This document shows, piece by piece, positions 40,226-53,612 of a DNA stretch of 64,000 nt. A program made the translations under genes and the position numbers. Source of the DNA: Octopus bimaculoides (taxonomy: Eukaryota); assembly GCF_001194135.2 (NCBI RefSeq), contig NC_068997.1, positions 55,241,995-55,305,994 on the forward strand, read 5' to 3'. The notes beneath the pieces are model-generated. The model was not told the origin of the DNA and searched no databases. It saw only the letters and a list, made by a program, of their open reading frames with translations. Positions within the stretch are counted from its first letter, which is position 1. Every line of letters begins with the position of its first letter.

Positions 40226-40228
<3 letters not shown>
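39619..40228. repeat. Long inverted repeat (fold-back) with a nested perfect hairpin
   Basis: 39619-39785 is the reverse complement of 40064-40228 (first ~65 nt identical). 39986-40010 is the exact reverse complement of 40038-40062. Confidence 0.95.
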
Positions 40229-40279
<51 letters not shown>

Positions 40280-40947
40280 ACATATGTGTGTGTGCATGTG
40301 AGTGTGTAATGGTTCTTTGTTAATGGATGTAAAATTAAGCAGACATCTTTCAAAGTAGTACTCAATACATGAGACATAAAGCATATGTAGATTTTTACAT
40401 ATTTATTTATATTTATCGCACTTGAACAATGCCTTTGGTTCATAGAGCTGTATACACCCACACACATGATTGATTATGGTTCTTAGCCAAAAAAACAAAA
40501 CAAAACAAGGAACCCTCAACTATTGAAATATTGAGATATATTGAGGATATAGAATACAGATTAATAATGATCATATTACAATAGAGTGAAACAAGGTTCT
40601 GAATTTTGTGTGAGGTTAATCACCCTACACCCATCAGATGTGCACATTATGGATTTAATTTGAACATGACAAAAGAACTTCAATCCATCAAATGCACATA
40701 TGATGAGTGTAGTGCTATCAACTTTGCACAAACCTTGGAGTCATGACACAAGATGTGGCAGTATGAAATTCATTAAATGGTCAATACGGTGTAATATGGT
40801 CAAATCACCTGGCACAGCAATGCCATTTGCCGGTGCTAACAAAATATCATCAACCAATATTATCTGTGCTTTCCACCATTTGTCATCAGCATAAGTTTCC
40901 AGGACATCCAGCACACATGAAGGTTATACAGATAACACATCCAATAG

Positions 40948-41062
40948 GAGTATAGGGTCAAAACGTAAAATACTTTCTCACTTTTGCGAGTGTCAAACTA
41001 ATACACCTGTTTATTGTTTATACACCTGTGTTCGTCTTTTGTTTTTCTGTAAATTTCAACTA
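40948..41062 (+). mobile_element. Partial Penelope-like terminal repeat, homologous to 63031-63220
   Basis: aaacgtaaaatactttctcac..aaactaatacacctgtttattgtttatacacctgtgttcgtcttttg aligns with the reverse of 63031-63160. The PLE assignment is inferred. Confidence 0.55.
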
Positions 41063-41454
41063 TATATGTGTGTGTGTATATATATATATATCTATATATA
41101 TATACACATATGCATATATATATATATACACATATGCATATATATATATACATACATATGCATATATATATATACATACATATGCATATATATATATATA
41201 TATATATACACATATGCATATATATATATACATACATATGCATATATATATANNNNNNNNNNNNNNNNNNNNNNNNNNNNNNNNNNNNNNNNNNNNNNNN
41301 NNNNNNNNNNNNNNNNNNNNNNNNNNNNNNNNNNNNNNNNNNNNNNNNNNNNNNNNNNNNNNNNNNNNNNNNNNNNNNNNNNNNNNNNNNNNNNNNNNNN
41401 NNNNNNNNNNNNNNNNNNNNNNNNNNNNNNNNNNNNNNNNNNNNNNNNNNNNNN

Positions 41455-41501
<47 letters not shown>

Positions 41502-41610
41502 CTTATGCATATATATAATATATATACATACATACATATATACATACACACACACACACACATATATATACACACGACAGACATATATATATATACATAT
41601 GCATATGTGC
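41063..41610. repeat. (TA)n-based satellite with a higher-order catatgcatatatatata unit, spanning an N-gap
   Basis: Directly visible. Confidence 0.9.
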
Positions 41611-42849
41611 AAACATATTATTATATCCCATAAGAATTACTGGCTCAAACAGTAGACATCTGGCTTGCATGAACTGGTATAATTTTGTTTCCCAATTGTT
41701 AGTGCTTAAATACTAACTACATCAGGTCAGACATGTCTTTCATCTTTTAGTAAAGACAGTTAAAGTTACTAATATAATAATATATTGATATATGGGTCAA
41801 TCAACAGCCCCTTCCCTGACACTGCCACCATCTGCAGCTTATGCTTACAGACATTATCATTATAAAATTAGGAAAATAAACACTAACTATAAACAATGAT
41901 TATAATACCTTTGAACTTGTAGTTTGCTGATCTTGAGGGGTTTATGACTAATTAAGAATTCATTATGAAATATGTGTGATGTGGGAAAATATCTATTGGA
42001 CAATTTCAGTTTTATGTGGGGTTTTTTTACTTGTTGTTTTGTGCTTATCTTTGAAGTTTAAGAAATGCTAGCTTTATGTTCTCAGCTAGAACTATGGAAA
42101 GCAGTCACAATGGAAAGCAACATGTGACAGCTTTTATTAAAGTTTCTTTCATCTCCCTCAACATAATAGGCACAATCAAGGTAAGATGTAGTTTATAAAA
42201 TAGAGAAATTTTTAACAAGTATATTGTGATAAGTTATGGAGGAGGGTTGTAGTCGATGGAGCCTGTTATACAACTGGTATTTATTATATCAGACTTATTT
42301 CCATCTCCTCGCTGTGAAAATGATACTACATAAAAATCAGCCTTTGTCAAGTATTTTTTCTGATTTTGCTAACCCTCACCATAATAACAAAATAATTTTG
42401 AATTTTAACCAGCAATACAAGGGGAGGGGTTAATCAATTACACGAACCACAGTACATGACTGGTAGCTCATTTTAAGAACTTCTAAAGGATGTGAGACAA
42501 GGTCAGCCTTGACTGGATTTGGGATCTGCATGTAAAGAGCTGCAAGGAATGCTGCAAAGAAACATTTTGTCTGATGTTCTAATGATCCTGCCAGCTCACC
42601 ACCTTGATGATGATGATGACAACAACAATAACAACAATTATAATAATAAAGTGTATATATATATATGCATGTATATATATACATACATATATGTTTGTAT
42701 GTGTGGGCATGTATATATCTATAGATATTCACTTTTGCATAAGAATATTTCGTCAACATCGCCACTTTCCATCTACTTCTTATGTTAGCATGCATCAGAT
42801 AAAGAGGCACCGTCTGAGTCAGTTCTTCTATGAGCTTACTGCCATCTTG

Positions 42850-43255
42850 TTTTCCACAAGGCCTTAGAGTTAACTCTGCCACCTACATTGAGGTCCTGGA
42901 AATAATTGTTAAGCCCTGGATAGACAGTGTATGCAATGGAACGACATATGTTTTTCAGTAAGACTCTGTACTATCACACATGGCTCTAGTAACACAGGAA
43001 TGGATGGCTGAAAATTTTCATGATCACATGACCCCTAACATTTGGCCTCCTAATTCTCCAGATCTCAATCCACTGGATATTACATGTGGAGCATTGTTGA
43101 GAGAGAGGTCAATGAACTCACCCATAACACCAAAGATTCTATGAAAGCTGCCATAGTCAGAGTAGTGTCCAAAATGAACCAGGACCATTTGATTCGAGCA
43201 TGTCAATGAGTTAGATCTGATATAGAAGCAGCTGTTGAAGCTGACGGTGGCTGAT
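42850..43255 (+). mobile_element. Tc1/mariner DD37D (maT-type) transposase C-terminal relic
   Basis: FPQGLRVNSATYIEVLEIIVKPWIDSVCNGTTYVFQ*DSVLSHMALVTQEWMAENFHDHMTPNIWPPNSPDLNPLD/YMWSIVEREVN...AVEADGG*. There are 37 residues between the second and third D, with stops and a frameshift. Confidence 0.9.
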
Positions 43256-43283
43256 CTGTAATTATATGTTTTTTTATAAACTC

Positions 43284-43393
43284 TGCCAGATCAGATTGGA
43301 GCCTGGTGCAGCCTTCTGGCTTGCAAGTCCTCAGTCAAATCGTCCAACCCATGCTAGCGTGGAAAGCAGACGTTAAACGATGATGATGATGAT
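43284..43393 (+). mobile_element. RTE-associated 3' repeat (family C)
   Basis: ttggagcctggtgcagccttctggc..cgtccaacccatgctagcgtggaaagcagacgttaaacgatgatgat. Confidence 0.85.
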
Positions 43394-43422
43394 AATTCTG
43401 TCCTCAAATATCTTATGCACCT

Positions 43423-43463
<41 letters not shown>

Positions 43464-43770
43464 NNNNNNNNNNNNNNNNNNNNNNNNNNNNNNNNNNNNN
43501 NNNNNNNNNNNNNNNNNNNNNNNNNNNNNNNNNNNNNNNNNNNNNNNNNNNNNNNNNNNNNNNNNNNNNNNNNNNNNNNNNNNNNNNNNNNNNNNNNNNN
43601 NNNNNNNNNNNNNNNNNNNNNNNNNNNNNNNNNNNNNNNNNNNNNNNNNNNNNNNNNNNNNNNNNNNNNNNNNNNNNNNNNNNNNNNNNNNNNNNNNNNN
43701 NNNNNNNNAATTAATCAATAAATCTACCTATCTACCTATCCATGTATCTATCTATCTGTCTGTCTGTCTG

Positions 43771-43812
<42 letters not shown>

Positions 43813-44524
43813 ATATGTATGTATGTATGTATGTATGTGTGTAAATGAAAGAAAAGCAGCATGTAAAAGTATTGTCTTATGTTTCTCTGATTAGAGAAAG
43901 AGAGAAAAAAGCCATAACAGTGCATAAAATCATTCAGTTTGATCATTTTAAATATCTTCACAGCTTTAAATATAAAAACCTCTTTTCCAAGAAATATTTT
44001 TTGTTAAAATCAAATGTTGTTGTCAAGGCGTGAAGACTTATAAAAAAATTTCTGATTTCACCTCATTAGCAGCAGATTCACCATTCTTTGGCATTCATTC
44101 CAAATGTTCGTTAGCTGACCAACTTCAAAATTTTTAATGTTCAAATTTTTTTCAGAAATGTAAATGTTAATAAATTAGCTTGAAATATCTGGCTTCAAGT
44201 AACATATGTAAATGAAATAGATGAGGTTTCTAGATACATTGTCTTATAATGTTACCATAGAAACAGAGTTGAAAGCCTAACAATGCAGAAAACAAAACAT
44301 AGTTGCACTATCTCATACATCTTTACATCAAGTTCCAGCTAGGAGAAAACATAACAATATTTGATTAATTTTTTTTATTTTTTGGAAAACGGCTTTTAAT
44401 AAGTGAAAAATGATAAATGTTTAGGTATAAAATTGGAAAAGTGTGTATTTTGTTTTCTACATTATTGAGGCTTTCTTATGTTTTTTGTAAATAATTTGTG
44501 TGTGTGTGTATATATATTCCTTTA

Positions 44525-44720
44525 TTCTTTTACTTGTTTCAGTCATTTGACCGTGGCCATGTTGGAGTGCCACCTTTATTCAAACAAATCGACCCCAGTA
44601 TTTATTCTTTGTAAACCTAGTACTTTTTATATTGGTCTCTGTTGCTGAACTGCTAAGTTACGAGGACAACAGCATTGGTTGTCAAGCGATGGTGGGGGGA
44701 CAAACACACACACACACATA
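44525..44720 (-). mobile_element. SINE-like family B 3' half, running into an N-gap
   Basis: tcttttacttgtttcagtcatttgaccgtggccatg..aaatcgaccccagta..ctgctaagttacg..ttgtcaagcgatggtgg. Confidence 0.85.
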
Positions 44721-47700
44721 TATAAATATATATATANNNNNNNNNNNNNNNNNNNNNNNNNNNNNNNNNNNNNNNNNNNNNNNNNNNNNNNNNNNNNNNN
44801 NNNNNNNNNNNNNNNNNNNNNNNNNNNNNNNNNNNNNNNNNNNNNNNNNNNNNNNNNNNNNNNNNNNNNNNNNNNNNNNNNNNNNNNNNNNNNNNNNNNN
44901 NNNNNNNNNNNNNNNNNNNNNNNNNNNNNNNNNNNNNNNNNNNNNNNNNNNNNNNNNNNNNNNNNNNNNNNNNNNNNNNNNNNNNNNNNNNNNNNNNNNN
45001 NNNNNNNNNNNNNNNNNNNNNNNNNNNNNNNNNNNNNNNNNNNNNNNNNNNNNNNNNNNNNNNNNNNNNNNNNNNNNNNNNNNNNNNNNNNNNNNNNNNN
45101 NNNNNNNNNNNNNNNNNNNNNNNNNNNNNNNNNNNNNNNNNNNNNNNNNNNNNNNNNNNNNNNNNNNNNNNNNNNNNNNNNNNNNNNNNNNNNNNNNNNN
45201 NNNNNNNNNNNNNNNNNNNNNNNNNNNNNNNNNNNNNNNNNNNNNNNNNNNNNNNNNNNNNNNNNNNNNNNNNNNNNNNNNNNNNNNNNNNNNNNNNNNN
45301 NNNNNNNNNNNNNNNNNNNNNNNNNNNNNNNNNNNNNNNNNNNNNNNNNNGTTTCTTCCGTTATGCAAAAACAAGAGCTTGTTATTTTTATTTTTAGGGT
45401 TAGTTCACCTCTTTCACCCCAGGCTTCTCTCTCTAATGTTTTTATTCAAAAGAAGCTGTGTCCAGTTCACTCAGATTTAACAAAATATTATCAAGAAAAG
45501 GCATCAGCTGGTTTTTCATATTTAAATTCTCAGGATATATCAGCTTCCTTCTTATTCTTTTGCTGCACTGGTTACTGGTTCTACCACCTACCCCCACCCC
45601 ATTCCCACCCTACCCCCAAATTCTTATTTGATATTTGCTGCGAAGTTGTTCCCCAAATTTCCTCTCCTTACCTAAGCGCTATCTAATTTCAAGTTTAAAC
45701 AAATCAGAGCTGTCTTATCGTGTTGTCTGTTTAAATTGAAGATAATCTAAATTTGTATTGGATGTGTTAGTGTAATGAGAACCACTGGAAAAGTACAAGA
45801 AACTAAACTGAGACTTGCTGTTATCAAGTGGAATCAAATATATATCAAAACAATCATTAAACAGGTTTTGCGAACGTCTTTATATAGGTGAAAGTATGAA
45901 TAACACCACTGCCCAGCACTTGTGTAATACAGCACCAACGAAATATTTGATTTACAACTGCAGCCTGACCTGTTATCTCAGCTGTTAACTACTGGATATA
46001 AACAAAAAGAAAATGAGTGCTTGTGTGGGCCATGGAAAGCTAATTCTGTGTAGAAAGACTTGAACTGAACTGTAAAATGTGCAGAAAATAACTGGAGTAT
46101 TTAAGGGTTTTTATTGTTTTCTTTTCATTTTAAAGTATGTAATTTGAAATTTTATGGTAATTAAATAGGGATTTAATTTTGATACAGTTTGGAAATATAT
46201 AACAATGTCATGTTTGATGTGAGGAATGATTTTATTTTATGTAGGATGTAGAAGTATAAATTATTAGTTTTCCATTATGAGATGGAAGTGTTAATTATAG
46301 CTAAAGAATTACAGAGGACAGTTTGAAAATAGTACATGGGCTTGAACATGGAACTCCTTTTTTTCGTCCGTTACATATGTTTCAGTATTTGGTAACACAA
46401 ATACTGATGTAATCGGCAGATGTACCCCGTAAGGGCAGCAGTGCATAAGGAAACATATTTTCAGACAGAGAAGTGAGAAATATAATCCAAACAGTAACCA
46501 AATTGAAACACCCAAGAGATACAGTGCTAGAAGGGGAGGGGGAATGGCAGGACGAAAGGTAAGATTGCAGCCAAACTGCAAAGGTGGACTAGTGTTGGTA
46601 AGGATTGAGATGAAGTGCTGACCAGGGAAATATGTCACACTGACATGGCCTTACAACACGGAGGAGTGAGTGTGCAGATGGCACCCTAGGCAGCCTGCAT
46701 AATCGGCCATGTGCGTGCAATAAACTAATACTGCCAGGGTTTGTGGCATCTCTCTTGACTGATGTATCCATCTACATATCCACATTAACGTGATTATACC
46801 CACACCCACTAACACTCAGACATATCCACACAGACTCAGACATATATACCTATCTACACACACACACATGCACACGCATGTATCAAATGCCTATACATAC
46901 ACACATGCACATACATTTGTATATGTATATACATATATACACTTTAAACACACACACACATACTCAGATGTAATGGCATGGGTATAGTTAGATAATAACA
47001 TAGGTAGAGTTGATTATAAACTATTCATTTCTCCACCAAAAGAAGAAAAAGAGGAATTATTTCCCCAAAGAGAAATTAGATGAAAATAATGTTAAATAGA
47101 ATCATACTAAGTAAAAAATCTAAAACAAAAGTATAAATAAATAAAATAAAAAAGATGTTTTCAACATCAAAAAGTTTGAAAGAAATGTAACAAACATCAA
47201 GACAGGAAGCAAGATATGCCATAATTAGCACAGAATTAATTAAATATTAGCAACCAATTTGATTAGTAGTGAAACCATTTTTCTATATAAAGTTATTAAA
47301 TCTGCGAAAATAGAAATGAGTTAGAGCTGTAGGGAAAAATTGCTGCTGTTGAGAAGGAGAGAGAAAAACATACGCAAAAGAAATGCTAAAATGATAGTGA
47401 AACAGAGAATGTATACATGGTAGTTGTGGATGTTGTTAGTATTATCAATAACATTAGAAGACTGTCATTCATATTTTTATTATTTTTGTGTCTTTTTTCC
47501 GTTTTTGACAATTTTTAAATAAGTTTGATGGAAATTTTTGACTTTGAATTCAATTTTAATGGTATTACTACAACAAACCACTGCCATCTCTCAGACTGAA
47601 ATTTTGTTTAATTGGTAAAAGAAGTGTTTACACCTGTAGTCAATAGAGAGTGATAACAGGATGAACTGAAAAAGGTGTTAAAGGAAGCTCTGAATAAGGA

Positions 47701-50109
47701 AGTATGCCACATAACCAAGGGAAACTATTGCGTGCAAAAAGTCTTCTTGGCTCCATTCTCCTTCTTACAATGAATCAGTTAAAGTTACAAAGCAATGAAT
47801 AAGAGAGAAGAAAATATCTGACATGAAAGAAGCAAACATTTATAGCTAAATTATTCAATGGCTTACAATAGGTCAGTAAGTTTGTAGACTCTTTGTTCCC
47901 ATCTATTTTTAGTATGTTTACATACACGTGTGTGTGTGTGCATGTATGAATTTGTGGTAAATGTGAAAGTACATTTATGGATGTTTAGGCATGTACAGTC
48001 TAATGTCAGAGAGAAGAGGAGAAAGAAAAAAAGATGGAGGGAGATAAAGTGAGAGAATAGAGATGGCCAGGGAGAGAAGTGTTTGATTTAAAATGCTATG
48101 GCTAATGGATTGTTGTCATGAAAAACAAAAAACAAAAAGAAAGAAAAGAAAAGAAGGAAAATATTTCATTAGAGAAACTGTGATACGGAATGAAACTAGC
48201 TGAAGGCTACAGTCAAAGCCAGTATTTCTTATTAAAGAAGACCATCATAGCAAAACATTGCCAATGTCTTCTTAGTAAATGCTGGCAAGATTCCTTCACC
48301 AGTCTGTATTATTCCATTAATGCTGTTAAATCCATTAGTAAAATACTACTACTAGTAGTAAGTAATCACTGTTGTTAGACATTAATTACTCAATCATTAC
48401 AAATGAAAAGTAAAACAATAGCAAAAAGAAAACCCCTAAAATTAGACAAAAGAATTTTTTCTTCTCAGTTGTTCGGTTTAGCTTAATTGTCCGGCACTAT
48501 TGCTATTTTATCCCATCATCCAATTTATGTCCAATGAACTTTATACAAGTGAAGAGCGAATAACATTTTCTTTTTATATTCCTGACAGCCTCAATTAAGA
48601 ATACAGCAATAACATTTAACCACGTTAAAACTCAATGACTTCTCATTCTATCGGAAGAGAATCAGAGGAGATAGTGAAAGTAGAAAGAGGGGAAGTAAAA
48701 AGAAGCATGCCAAGAAAGGGATTGAGAGGAAGAGGAACAGAAATAGAAGCAGAAGGAGAATGAGAAAGCAATGAATACCATTCCAAGAACACTATCATCC
48801 ACTGGTCACCTATGGTGTGCCGGAATGTATGAAGTAGGTCTTAGCTGAACCTGTAACAACCGCTCTATCTTTTGTCCATTTTAATAAAAGATGAAACAAA
48901 AAGAAAAAAGGAAAAAAAAGGGCTGATTCTTGTACACAATATAATAATTTCCCTTTAAATTTCAGGAAATTTCCCCTCCCTCCTATCATATCATAGCTGA
49001 ATTGTGGTTTCGAACATTACTTTTATATGTGAAATAACATGTTCCCCCTCACATTATTCAATGAAATTCAAAAGACAGCTTCTAATTTCATTTCATAAAG
49101 TTTCAATCAACACAATGACCAACTCAAACCATAGTTTGTCAGCATTGACTACAGCATTGTTGCTTTGAGCTGGTTCTTTCCTCAGTACAATGACAATAAT
49201 TTGAAGTAACTCTTTTGATCTTTCACCACTAATTCATGCAAAAAATTACTATTTAAACAAGCATTGATTATAACAAGAAATACCTAAAAACTGCAAACAT
49301 TATTTCTGGAATTATTTTGATTTTTGTTCCCAACCATTTCTATAACAGAATAGCTAAACCCCTCACATCAATCATAATCCAGGCAATATCTAATATAAAA
49401 GAGTTCAGAAAGGGGTTAATAGAGTTGAGTTTATATGTTGTTTATGGTGTCTAAAGCCTATAGACTAGACCAGTTCCACAAGGGACTACAAAATGAAATC
49501 ATGTGAACTTACACTAATTTTTAGGGTAAAAATCTGATTACGAGGAGACTTTTTTTCTTGACTCAATTTACTTCACAGAATTTCATCAATGAATAGCTTT
49601 CAAGTGATATTTTATTAACTGCCTTCCATTGATAATTAGAAAACATCTGACAAGTTATTCTTAATTAAAATTTAACCAGTAATAACAAAAAGAAAAAAAT
49701 ATTTTTAGCTTGACCTATCTTCCTTCCAGTAAATATATATTCTCATAAAATGTGCAACTACAACAGCTATGAGACAGCTATAAACATCAGAATTTCACAT
49801 TTACTTCTGGTAAATATTAAATGTTGTTACCTCATGCTAATGTTGAAAGAAAAGTCATTTTTTTTCTTGCATTAAACTTTTTGATATCAACCCAACTGAG
49901 ACCACCTCTGCTTCTTTGATACAAAACCTCTTAAAGAGTTCATTCTTAAATTAAAACCTTCCATTAATATTTAATACCAGAAACTTTTGTTCTGCTCCTA
50001 ACTAAATATACAAATAAATGAAGAAAAATCAGTTATTTTGCTGAATACTTCCAATTTCTTGTTTATTTAAAAATGTGTGTGTGTGTATGTTTGTCTTGAC
50101 ATTGTACAA

Positions 50110-50205
50110 TGGTTGGAAACAAGAGAAAATCTATGTCAAGAAACTCAGTCTGACCAATGTTAGTATAGATAAGTAGGGATTAAAATGATGGTGATGATGA
50201 TGATG
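50110..50205 (+). mobile_element. Degenerate family C tail
   Basis: agaaaatctatgtc...tagggattaaaatgatggtgatgatgatg. Confidence 0.35.
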
Positions 50206-52881
50206 CCTTGTTTCAGAATCATTCTCTGATAGAACTTTACCCCCAGAAAACAAAGTATAGACCAATTTCACTGACAAGTCTCTTTACAAACTTCTCCATA
50301 TCTGATTCTAAACTTCTAATATTATCTTCCATGCTTGACTGACCCTATTTTTGTCCTATTAGCAATGTCTCAAAGTTTCTGGATAACCAACCAGCCAACC
50401 AACCAGTTACCGAGGCAGTCAAGTGTCCTAGTAATGGAAGCAACACAGAACCAGTAACTTCTTAACAACAAATTGTCCGATACTACCTTATCTTCTCTCT
50501 CTCTCTCTCTCTTCTCTTTTCATTACAACAGTCATTTCTTCTCATCTTTCTCTTCTCTATAATTCTGATCTATTCATGCTGCAGCAACGAGAGTGTCATT
50601 TCGGCAACAACAGACTTAACTCCTCCTTTCAGAAGGCAGACCACTTCTTTTATTCTTGCTTAAAACTAATCTGCAATAATTTCCTTGGTGCTAAAAAAGG
50701 CTGACAAAGAAATCACAAACATAATACATCACATGCTGCTGCTGCTACTACTACTACCACTACTACAATCACAATCATTACATCAGCAACGTTAGCTTTC
50801 TGGCCCTCCACATGAGACTAACATCTCCATTCTGATCTCATTGGTCAACTTATCATTCAGCCAGTTCTTTCAGTATTTCGTTTCCGTTCCAGCTGGAGGT
50901 GTGTGGGTGTGCGTGGGGGTAGTGTCAGGGCAATGGTAGTCTCCTCTTCCCTCAGGCCTTTTTCTTTTCTGATACTTGCTTCTCCAGGCTTTTCACTCAA
51001 CCCTTCCGCTATCACCTAACACAGTGTTAATTACTCACACACATACATTCATGGAACAACTTCATCGCCCCTTTCTCCAGGTGAGAAATACATTTTGATG
51101 TTTTACAGCCACATTTACTGTTGATTAATTTTATATTTTCGTTTCCTGGTCGGCTTCCTTGAGTGTTGATTGAGCTTATTACTGGGCGTATTTATGATGA
51201 GCAGAAAAGTTTGTGTTAACCACCTGATCAGTTTTTGTTATGTATGGGGAAAATTTACACCAAAAGATCAGAGAAATATGCTTACAAAGAAATTTTTTAA
51301 TTCTTACAAGCTTTAGGAGTCAATAGGGGAACGTGTATGTATACTAGAAATAACAGGCATATCCTCCTGAAATCACCCCCCAACAGTGTTACCATAGATA
51401 TATGATGCTTGAGAAAATAACATGGCATGGTCATGGAAGGAATATCTTTGATTGTTTCAGTCAAGATTCACAGTGAAAATAAACAACAGCAATAACATTG
51501 ATGTGCCGACCATTGTAGATCACCTCCAGATTTGCCTGTCGTACATTCTGACACAGATTGTGGTGCCAAATAGGAACAGAGAACTCTTCAGACAATAATT
51601 AGAGTTCTATAGACTGAAATAAAGCACAGTATCACTCATTTTCTCCGACTCCAAAACATTGATCATTTGCCAAGAATATAAGCTACTCATATTTATATTA
51701 AGGTCTTTTATAAAGAAATTCAATTTTAGGCAGAACTTTTAAATGTCAAAGTTCATATTATATATCGTTACTAATTTTCATTGATATAGAATATATTATC
51801 ATTATATTTAGAAAAAAAGAATCAAACATTAATAGAATCTCAATTGAATAATGGTTAGAGATGGAAGAGAGGTGGAACATGGCAGCAGAAAAGATAGAGT
51901 TTCAAATAAACATTAAGTTGAAAATATGCCAATTTTCTGTGTGATTTTCAGGCTCATTACTGTCATGTTGATCATGATCATAATTATAGTGAAATATCTA
52001 GAAACTGATAGTTTAGTGGCCCAGCTCAGATAGCATCACTGATTAGCTATTATTTCATGTAGTTGATGCTTGTAAATAAGTAGATTTATAATCAAAACAG
52101 TCAAGATTTGGAGTGGAAATGTGCCACACAACAAACTAACCAAGACAATTGACAAAGCTGATAAAATTACAAACAATGGAATTGTAAAATGTCATGGCTG
52201 CACAAACCAGAATAAATAGAGTGCAACTTGTTGCTGTTCACGACACAATCTTGAAATAAAGATGCCAAATTGTTGGGCCTCAGCTTATACCTAAGAACTA
52301 ACCAAATAGCAATTATCTAGTAATTAAGACTGTTACACAACTTACTATTATAACCAACAGTTGTCAACGATACAGACTGTTGTGATTAATGGCTTAGATA
52401 ACAAATGCTGTAAAAGGAGACCAGCTCTGAAAGGAGACCAGTTTTAAAACTACATTACTGCAGTAAAATCATTGAAATACTGGAAATTTATGGAGGAAAG
52501 GGCTGCCAATTGGCAAAAAAAGGCAATGAAAATATAAAATATAACTAATATTTTTGTCAGGGAAGGAGGCTCAGTACTTTTATCATGTTGTGCGGAGGGG
52601 AGTGTCTTCTTTGATTTAAGCTTTGTAAAATATGCCTGGAGTCAATATAATGTGTAGTTTAATTCGTTTTGAGAGGACTAAAGAGAAACCAAAGCCAGAA
52701 ATGGGACTGTTTACTTTTCAATGTGATGTTCAAAAATTACTTTTGCCAAATTTTTAAGGAATAAATTTCCATATAGGAAAAAATATCATCATTGAAAGCG
52801 AATCAGTAGAAATGATTCTGGCGTTTTTGATGCTTTGAATAGTTTTGTTCTTTTACTTCAGCTTAAGCTGGTCCTCTGCCA

Positions 52882-53180
52882 GTTATGGTAATAAGAGTTC
52901 CAGTTGATCTGATCAATGGAACAACCTGCTCATGAAATTAAAGTGGCTGTGAATGCCAGAGACATGCATAACCCTTAACATACTTCTCAGAGAGATTCAA
53001 TGTGACACAGAATGTGGCAACGTGGCCCTTTGAAATACAAGTACAGCTCATTTTTGACAACTAAGTGGACAACAACAATGTGAAATAAAGTGTCTTGCTC
53101 AAGGACACCCCACATCACAGGGAATTGAACTCATGAGCTCACAGTCGTAGGCTGAATACCCTAAGCAGTGCACCATCACA
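52882..53180 (-). mobile_element. tRNA-derived SINE-like family D
   Basis: Reverse strand has a tRNA-like head (gagttcaattccc) and gtgtccttgagcaagacactttatttcac..gtccacttagttgtcaaaaatgag, resembling a V-type SINE central domain as I recall it (tentative). Confidence 0.75.
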
Positions 53181-53256
53181 ACTTCAGCTTAAACTTCAGA
53201 CAGTTCAGCTGTGAATTGCTTGGATGGCTCCTGTAAGATCAGCATTAGAAAGAAAG

Positions 53257-53264
<8 letters not shown>

Positions 53265-53310
<46 letters not shown>

Positions 53311-53517
53311 GGAGATAATTGTTTTGTGTACTCTACGTTTACATGTAATATCATGTATAACATCATGTATACATATGCCTACATGCACACACAAGAGGCA
53401 TTCCATGAAAGGCACTCACCTAACTGTGTAGAAGTCATCAAAAGAGGTTTCTCACTACGAAATTATTTGTATGCGGTAGGGAGCAAAAGAAGGGAACACA
53501 GGAAGTTTGGGGAGAGT

Positions 53518-53553
<36 letters not shown>

Positions 53554-53612
53554 GTGTGTGTGTGCGTGTGTGTGTGTGCGTGTGTGTGTGTGTGTGTGCG
53601 TGTGTGTGTGTG
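53265..53612. repeat. (GA)n tract (53265-53310) and (GT)n tract with CG variants (53522-53612)
   Basis: Directly visible. Confidence 0.9.

Noticed and set aside
48822-48845. cggaatgtatgaagtagg resembling miR-1
   Set aside because: Several mismatches and no complementary 5' arm upstream.
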